Of a stretch of DNA of 64,000 nt, positions 57,304 to 64,000 are shown piece by piece (positions within the stretch are counted from its first letter, which is position 1; the number at the start of each line of letters is the position of its first letter). The stretch is from Kiritimatiellia bacterium. GTDB lineage: Bacteria > Verrucomicrobiota > Kiritimatiellia > JAAZAB01. The notes below the pieces were generated by a model that did no database searches, was not told where the DNA came from, and was given only the letters and a program-made list of their open reading frames with translations. The stretch is from the NCBI GenBank assembly GCA_040767085.1, contig JAXGPF010000008.1, positions 214,482 through 278,481 of the forward strand. Reading direction: 5' to 3'. Both the position numbers and the translations under genes were made by a program.

Positions 57304-60300
57304 CTAAGGTGTCATTTGACGTTCTTGATTAAGTGCCAGTAGGAGCTCTTGTATGTGGTCATCGGTCATACTCGCGGGCCAATCATAGGCGGCGTTAACG
57401 GCAGCATCAAGATTACTATGGGCTGTGTTGAGCCATGCAGGGCGGGCGTTGTAAAGATTAGTAAGTGTGCGCTTCTGTAAGAGCTTTGCGGTCGTATCGT
57501 TTTTCGGTACAAGGCGCGGATAGCGAACGGTTCCGACCTTGAACGTACCCCGGTTAGTCACCGTCGCCGGGTCAATGTAGCGATCCCACGGGCCGCCTAC
57601 TGTGCCGGGAAATTCCAGGGTCACGACCCGCGTCCACTCGGGCGGATTCAGCCAGTTCTCCCGCAGATCGTTGAGATCCTTCGCGGCGGTGGCAATGGCG
57701 GAGAGGTGGGAATCGGGAGCCGGGTGTCGGGAGTCGGCTGAGAGTACGCCGGATGGGAACGGGAACGTTTCAAAACACGTGGTCGGGGTGTAGCGGAAGC
57801 CGCTTTCCTTTTCTCGCAACTGCGTGCCTTGCGCCAAGGCCCAAACTTCATGGAAGCGCGAATGGAGAATGCCGAAGAAAAGATCATCAGAACGGGCGAA
57901 GACGATGAGTTGGCAATCGGGATTCGTTGGCGCGGATTGCCAAACGAACAAACGGTGCTTTGAAACGCGCGGCATTGCGATGAATCGCGGGCATGGTCCA
58001 AGAGCTTTTCGCATTTTTGGCCGTTGAGCGTACATCTGCCACCACTCGGCACGATACCAGTCACGCGGGTTGACTTCGCGTGCTTTGCGCACATGCTCGT
58101 GCACGTATGCGAAGGGCATCTCGTATTTGGCCGAATCAACTTCAGAGAGATTAAAGAAGTCAATAATCCACATAGATGGTATTCGTTTAGTGACGGCGAT
58201 GCCATTGATCCAAGGAATGACCACGTCGGAGTTCGGACGTCCGTGCGGATTGGGTTGTGTAAGCCACTGTAGTGCGATGGCTTCTGAGATATCGAACGGA
58301 CCCTGCTTGGTTGTGCCCATGAAACCGATACTAGCGTTTTGCTTGAGCCGATTGGCCCGCGCAATATCGGCGGTTGCCGTGAGAGTAGGGTTGATGGTCG
58401 AAACGGGATGGCCATCGAGCATCCGCATTTTCTCCTCCCCGTTATTGAACCCAACCATGCTGACATGAACGTTGGCCCCGTCGAGAATCCAGGGCCGGTC
58501 GCTCTCGGCCCAAAAGATGTCGCCGGACTCCTTGATGCGTTTAAGGACTTCGCGGTTGGCGCCGCCGCGGATGCCCTGCGTGGCAAGCAAGCCGGCGCGT
58601 TTGCAGCCGGCCTTTTCGATATGGGCACGGGCTTTCTCGAACCAGTAGCAGCAGAGGTCGGCTTCGGCGGGGACCCTGCCTTTCCACAAGGCAAACATCC
58701 TGTCCACATATACATCGCCGAGTTCGCGGCGGAGCATTTTCCCGCCCAGGAACGGCGGGTTGCCGACAATGAAGTCAACTCTTGGCCATTCAGGTTCCTT
58801 CGGGGTGGCCGGATCGGAGAGGTCGATGATCGCATCCATACACCGGAAGTTGCCTTCCATTGGGCGCAGGATGGGGTCCTGGGGCGAGCCAAAGCCGTTA
58901 AACCGGATCCACTGCAGCCAGCCGATCCAGACAGTCATTTGCGCCAAGTCGTGGGCATAGGGATTGATTTCAATGCCGAAAAGTTGCCATGGTCCGACCA
59001 TCGGCAGGAATGAGCCGAGTCCCTTGTCCATCGAGTAGAGAATCGTTTCCTTTTCAAGGTCTTTGAGCTTTTGCAGGGTGACGTAGAGGAAATTGCCCGA
59101 GCCGCACGCTGGATCAAGAACCTTTACGTTTTGCAGACGGACCAGGAATTGGTGGATAAGACTGCCGGCTTCCCCGCGCGCCTTGCGCGCAAGGGCTGGA
59201 CTCAAAGTCTTGGCTGGCCCCTGATCGCTGCCCCCCGTCTTCCGGCTCTTCCGGCCCGTGGCAAGCAGGCGTTCAACCACTTGCTGCGTCTCAGCCCATT
59301 CCAGCCGGAGCGGCTGCATCACGACGGCATCGACCAGGATTTCGATGTCATCCTTGCTGGTGAAGTGCGCGCCCAGTTGCGAACGCTTGGAAGGATCCAG
59401 ACCGCGTTCAAACAGGGTGCCGAAAATCGAAGGGTCCACCGCGCTCCAGTCCATGCGGGCGGTATCGGCGATGCGCTGGACTTCCTCCGCTGAAAGGTTC
59501 GGGACGGAGGCGCCGTCAAACAGGTTGCCGTTGAAATGGCGGATGCTCTCCAGCCCGAACTCGCCACCCTTGCTCATGGCCTCAAACAACTGGCTGAGTA
59601 ATCGGCAGAACTTGACCGGATCGCCCGCGGATTTATCCAGGATCCGGGAAAAAATCATGTCAGGCAACAGGCCGATATCTTCAGCGAACAGGCAGAAAAC
59701 GATGCGGTCGAGGAAATGAGCGACACGGCCGGAGTCCAGTCCGTGGGCACGCATGGATTCGGCAATGCCGGCGAAGCGTTCCGCGGCGTCCTGGGTGACG
59801 GCCTGGCTGGTTTTACCCGGGCGCAGCTTTTCCGGCTCGAAGAAAACTGCCCGCAGGATTTCCAGACTGCGGGATTCACCGAGCCGGTCGAGGGTGATTT
59901 CGTGTATCGCCGAAACCGTACCGGTAAAGTTCGTGTGAACGATGATGCGGTCAAGATCGCAGACTACAAGCAGGGGCGGGTTGGCCAGCGCGTCGCGGTA
60001 CAGGAGCAACTGGTCATAGGCCGCGGCCAGGTCCTTGTGCTTGCCCTTGTATTCCCAGCCGAAAAAGTCCTTTTTCCAGACATCAGCAAAACCTTCGCCA
60101 CCATCTTGCTTGGATGCGCCTTTCTCGAAGCAGAAACTCGCGCCGGTGGGATCGGCGGCGGCAGGCGTGAGGTGGTCAAGGGCGTTGCAAAGGTCAATGA
60201 AATGCTCTTGCGCGGCGGACCGTTCTTTCAGTTCAACCTTGCGCCATTTCGCTATGAACTCGGGAATTGATAAGAAATCGCTTTTTAACCGACGCTGGCG

Positions 60301-60336
60301 GGCACCAGTTGCATTCGATATAATTCTGCGTTCCAT
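57304..60336 (-). CDS. MmeI/YeeA-like fused restriction endonuclease-adenine methyltransferase (type IIG/IIL); start uncertain
   Basis: FADVWK...WEYKG PD-(D/E)xK-like nuclease, LGAHFTS, VLDPACGSGNFL, IVGNPPFLG, C-terminal RYTPTTCFETFPFP and RTLTNLYN. Confidence 0.9.
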   Translation of the reverse strand: MERRIISNATGARQRRLKSDFLSIPEFIAKWRKVELKERSAAQEHFIDLCNALDHLTPAAADPTGASFCFEKGASKQDGGEGFADVWKKDFFGWEYKGKHKDLAAAYDQLLLYRDALANPPLLVVCDLDRIIVHTNFTGTVSAIHEITLDRLGESRSLEILRAVFFEPEKLRPGKTSQAVTQDAAERFAGIAESMRAHGLDSGRVAHFLDRIVFCLFAEDIGLLPDMIFSRILDKSAGDPVKFCRLLSQLFEAMSKGGEFGLESIRHFNGNLFDGASVPNLSAEEVQRIADTARMDWSAVDPSIFGTLFERGLDPSKRSQLGAHFTSKDDIEILVDAVVMQPLRLEWAETQQVVERLLATGRKSRKTGGSDQGPAKTLSPALARKARGEAGSLIHQFLVRLQNVKVLDPACGSGNFLYVTLQKLKDLEKETILYSMDKGLGSFLPMVGPWQLFGIEINPYAHDLAQMTVWIGWLQWIRFNGFGSPQDPILRPMEGNFRCMDAIIDLSDPATPKEPEWPRVDFIVGNPPFLGGKMLRRELGDVYVDRMFALWKGRVPAEADLCCYWFEKARAHIEKAGCKRAGLLATQGIRGGANREVLKRIKESGDIFWAESDRPWILDGANVHVSMVGFNNGEEKMRMLDGHPVSTINPTLTATADIARANRLKQNASIGFMGTTKQGPFDISEAIALQWLTQPNPHGRPNSDVVIPWINGIAVTKRIPSMWIIDFFNLSEVDSAKYEMPFAYVHEHVRKAREVNPRDWYRAEWWQMYAQRPKMRKALGPCPRFIAMPRVSKHRLFVWQSAPTNPDCQLIVFARSDDLFFGILHSRFHEVWALAQGTQLREKESGFRYTPTTCFETFPFPSGVLSADSRHPAPDSHLSAIATAAKDLNDLRENWLNPPEWTRVVTLEFPGTVGGPWDRYIDPATVTNRGTFKVGTVRYPRLVPKNDTTAKLLQKRTLTNLYNARPAWLNTAHSNLDAAVNAAYDWPASMTDDHIQELLLALNQERQMTP

Positions 60337-60500
60337 GGTTGGCAGTGTGAAAAAGCCGGGTGGAAATGTCAAGTGCGGACTGCTAAAGTTGAAAGACGGG
60401 GGTAAGACAAATTTATTGGTGCGTTGTCAATACTTCAACGTAAAAGCGGATTTAGCGTGATATTTTGAATCAGTCAAAAATACAACTATATAAATTCCGA

Positions 60501-60540
60501 TAATTTCGGCCGGGTGGTTACACCAACCCGGCCGAAATTA
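60501..60540. terminator. Perfect 15-bp inverted repeat (possible terminator hairpin)
   Basis: taatttcggccgggt / acccggccgaaatta; U-tail is weak. Confidence 0.55.
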
Positions 60541-60744
60541 GGACACCGCGTGGCGAATTCCGCTCCCCGAGTTTATCGAGGGGTTCGAAAAGACAAGGCA
60601 AGTTTGGAGTGGATGCGTGGGCGCAGGTGGTGACGCTAATCTCAAGATTGCGTCACCGCCTGCAACCACGCCCGCAGGGGCGCGTCCCGCGCCAGACACC
60701 CAAAATCGCCGTCGTGCTTTTCGAACGGAATTCGCTACGCATCC
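60541..60744. mobile_element. ~200-bp MITE-like / highly structured non-coding element
   Basis: Terminal IR gcgtggcgaattccg / cggaattcgctacgc with several nested internal stems. Confidence 0.55.
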
Positions 60745-60751
60745 CCGGTAC

Positions 60752-63700
60752 TCACGGTAGGGCGCGGTACTCATCCGGCGCGTAGTCCGTGGCCTGCGCG
60801 CCTTCCTCCAACTGGGCGGCATCCGCCCACAAACTGCATTGTTTGCCCTTCAGGCGGATGATGACCTGGACGCAGGGGCTGATCCCGCGCGTCCAGCCTT
60901 CCGCGGGAATGGCGCAGGCCGCCTCGAATCTCTGCCAGTCCTGGTTCAGTTGGACTTCAACCGAGCGGCCTTCATTTTCCCAGGCATTGTTCCAGGCAAA
61001 GTTGCACAAGACGATCTCCGCCGGCACGGCGTCCCGGTCCGCCCGCAGATACACGGAAAACACGTAAGTCCTGCCGATCTCCACCGGCACGCCGCCGCGG
61101 TTGCCGGAGGATAGGAATGGCGCCATGTGGCGGGCGACGCATAAGCCGGAAACTCCCGCGTATTCGTTAATCATCTTCAGCGAAGCTTTTCCGTGATAGG
61201 CAACAGTGTCATCCTGCCCCGGGCCGCCGGGATCGCCGCTGAGTATGGCGGTGGTGCTGCCGAAGAACCAACTGTCGGGCCAGCCCGGCAGGGCCGCTTC
61301 TTCAAAGCTCGAATTGACCAGCATGTTTTTCGGCCGGTGCGGTGCCGGCGGCGCGGGCAGTTCCTCGATAAAACAATCGTCCAGCCAGATTTCCCCGATG
61401 GTTTCCCGGGGAATTTGCAGCCAATACGCCGCCGGGATGGGATCGCCCGCGGGCGTCTTGACTGACCGCGCCAGGCGTGTCCACTCGTTCCGGGGACCAG
61501 TGGGCAGGCCCGAGATCACCCGGACGGCGGCATTGTCCGCCATTTCACGGAGGTAGAATCCGGCGGCCATTTCGCCCTTTGATAACCTGGTCCGAATCCA
61601 GACGCCATATTGATATTCGGTGTCGGGTTGCAGGAGGACTGGCGGGGCCTTGATGATGATGGTTTCGTTGTCATTGGTTTTAGTGATTTTCAGGCCGCCG
61701 CCATCCTGGCGGCCTTCGGGACAAACCGCGACCGTATCCGCGGGGAAGTTCCAGCCCGGCGCGCCGGTTTCGAAGCCGGCGTTGGGCAGCAGGTTGGAAA
61801 CCGCCGGCGCGGGTTTGGGCGCCAGCGCGCGGCGCGCCTGTTCCACGGCGGCGCCGGCGAGCGCCAGGCGGATGACCGGCTTGGCCGGCAGGTTGCGCGC
61901 CATCCCATTGATCGCATAGGCGCGCGTGCCATAGCCTTCCAACTGGTCCGTGAATATCCCGTTGCTGACATGGCATGGGCGGCCGTTAAACAAGCCGGAT
62001 GCCTGGATATCGGCGGGAGTCCCGAGCGCGGTCAAATCCCAGCGCGCCTCCACGGGATGGGGGCTGCTGTTGGCGGCGATCAGCAATGTATCGCCCGCCG
62101 GGCGGTGTTTCAACACCGCCTGCACAATCGGCAACCCGTCCGGCAGCACTGCCGGCTCCACGGCAATCGCGTGCGGGATGGACCTGGTCATGAGCGCGGG
62201 GGCCATGGCGCGCAATTCCCCCGATAATTCCCGCATGTTTTCCAGGGTTTGCCGGCTGCGCACCGGCGCCATGAAATAGATGATGGACTTGGCGCCGTGA
62301 ATCACGGCCAGGTAAACATCCACCCGGCGTTCGGCCGGGGTATGCGGCCGGCGCGACAGCGAGGTGATCTCCGACTGCGGGATGATGAAGAGCGGGCGGT
62401 GGTGGGGGTGGGTCACGTTTTCATAGGCTTCCTTGACGTACCGGGCCATGACGTTCGGATTGGCGCCGGCCGCCACTCCCAGCGAGCACCAGTAGATATG
62501 ATGGCCGAGAATGTCGCCGTAGTCATACCGGGCTTTCTGGACGGCGGTACCGCCGGACATGTACACCGGATGGTACGGGTCCTCCGCGCGCACGGTCTGC
62601 AAAAACAACCGCAGCGGCTCGTCAAAGCCGCCGCCGGAAGATGCCTCATCCAAGCCGTAATATGCCAGCATGGCCGGATGACGGCGGACCGTGCGGATAA
62701 AGCTTGGCAGTTCGTCCCGGACCACCGGCAGCAGGACCGGCGGCTTGGTCATCAGGTCGCTCATTTTGCGGCCTTGTGCCGTCGGCGCCGGCGAAAACGA
62801 AAAGGGATTTTCGATAATGTAAATGCCATGCCGGCGCGCGGCGTCCAGGGCTTCCAAGGCCACGGAATTCGACAGCACCCCGCGGTAGCCCCACCAGCGG
62901 ATCAGCGTGTTGAATCCCATGTCCTGGTACGTCCGCAGCATGGGATCATCCATTTGCCCGGCGCAAATGCCAATGGGAAAGAATGGCTGGTTGTTGACCA
63001 GCAGGCATTCATTCACCTGGTCAATCTTGACTTCCGTCACCTCCGCGGGCGCCGGCGGGACTTTGACGAGTTCCAGGCTAACCTCGCCCAGGACCAGGGC
63101 ATGCCGGTCGCGCAGTTGGACGCGGACGGGGTGGCGGCCGGCGGGGATCTCCGCCAGCGGTAATTCCAGGACGGTCTCCGCCGCCAGCGGCTGTTCCGCC
63201 GATGCGCGGATTTTCTGAGTTGCGCCCGGCAGGTCCGCCCCCGCGATCAGGCCGGCCGGGCGCCATTCGGATTCAGCCAGCGTGACCGCGACCGGAATCC
63301 GGGCCCGGTCTTCCGTGGTGTAATAATTCCGGTCCAGATAAGCCTGCAGCGGATTCAACTCGCCTGTATCCGCGACCGCCATCGCTTGCAGCTCCGCGCC
63401 GGCCGCCGGATCGCGCAAGGCCACGGATATCTTGCGGTCGCCGGGTTGGCTGATGCCCATGGTCAAACTGAATGATTTTTTCTCCAGCGGCTAGAGCTGG
63501 ATTCGTAAAGTCCGCGTGGTTGCCGGCCCCGCCGCCGGCTGGTCGGTGGCGGCCAGGTCAACTTCATCGCCCTTGCCGCCGTCATTCATGATTTCCCCCG
63601 TAAGTTCATACGAATAGCGGCCATCCTGGAGCCGGTAAGGGGACACCTGCGCCGCCGTAACTACCGGGGCAAAAACATCTTGCGGCGGAAGGTTTCGCAA

Positions 63701-64000
63701 CCCCGCCAGAACGCCGAAGGCGGCCGGCTCGTGGAATCCGCCCTGCACCGGGGCCCAGGAGGAAAATTCGGCCGGCGCGGTCTTTTTATTCCGGCAGAGG
63801 TTGAAACGCCATTCGCCGCCGCCCGCCTGCCGGCGCAGCATCTGCAGGGGGATGGCAAATTCCGCCGACCAGCCGGCGGCGCGGACAATCAGCGGATCAA
63901 CGTAAGTCGCCGAGCGCCAGCCGCCATTCCATTCGCGGTTGCGCTTTTCCCCGCGGCAAATTTGGTCGGCCTGCACCCCGGCCGCGTTCAGCAGTAAGTG
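60752..64000 (-). CDS. Large carbohydrate-active protein (CBM9-like N-part, GH-like TIM barrel, CBM4/9-like domains); 5' end outside window; one in-frame TAG at 63491-63493
   Basis: WSAEFAIP/WRFNLCR sugar-binding motif; VNNQPFFPIG, GFNT, AYYGLDE, DPYHPVY; NLLPNAGFE and NMLVNSSFE; ORFs 63491-63976 and 60752-63466 share a frame. Confidence 0.7.

Noticed and set aside
60340..60760. attR duplicate of the tRNA-Leu 3' end or an integrase
   Set aside because: No copy of ccctcctccggcacca or recombinase ORF seen by eye

Overview
GC-rich bacterial chromosomal window. The gene content (ceramidase-like and AP-endonuclease-2/TIM-barrel sugar genes, W/F/P-rich protein, huge CBM-bearing glycoside-hydrolase-like protein) suggests a PVC-superphylum organism such as Kiritimatiellota or Lentisphaerota; this is inference only. 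Positions 1-46.8 kb are mostly housekeeping and carbohydrate metabolism: a sugar isomerase/kinase operon, PIG-L deacetylase, acyl-CoA synthetase, Man-6-P isomerase, aldo-keto reductase, MATE pump, mlaEFD, guaB, a PAS hybrid kinase, Fe-ADH, an AraC-linked aminotransferase/IolE-like/hydrolase/NCS2 cluster, amidase, speA-speB, a HEAT-repeat lipoprotein, a double FabZ, gpmI, a divergent LpxC and RNase D. Positions 46.9-53.3 kb are nested mobile elements. A GTAG-type REP element is split, with a 4-bp GCCT duplication, by two inverted IS3/IS407-group copies. The second copy is itself interrupted by a ~3.7-kb Mu/IS481-like transposase + ExeA-ATPase element. This whole block is indel-riddled and may partly reflect read or assembly error. 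After tRNA-Leu(CAA) comes a lower-GC islet carrying an MmeI-like restriction-modification gene and a ~616-aa unknown gene cleanly disrupted by an ISL3 (8-bp duplication). A structured MITE-like element follows, then a large carbohydrate-active gene with a single in-frame TAG. Unexplained signals include two candidate structured RNAs (MATE leader, upstream of speA), a 29-aa membrane microprotein and short 7/9-nt tandem repeats at gene junctions.
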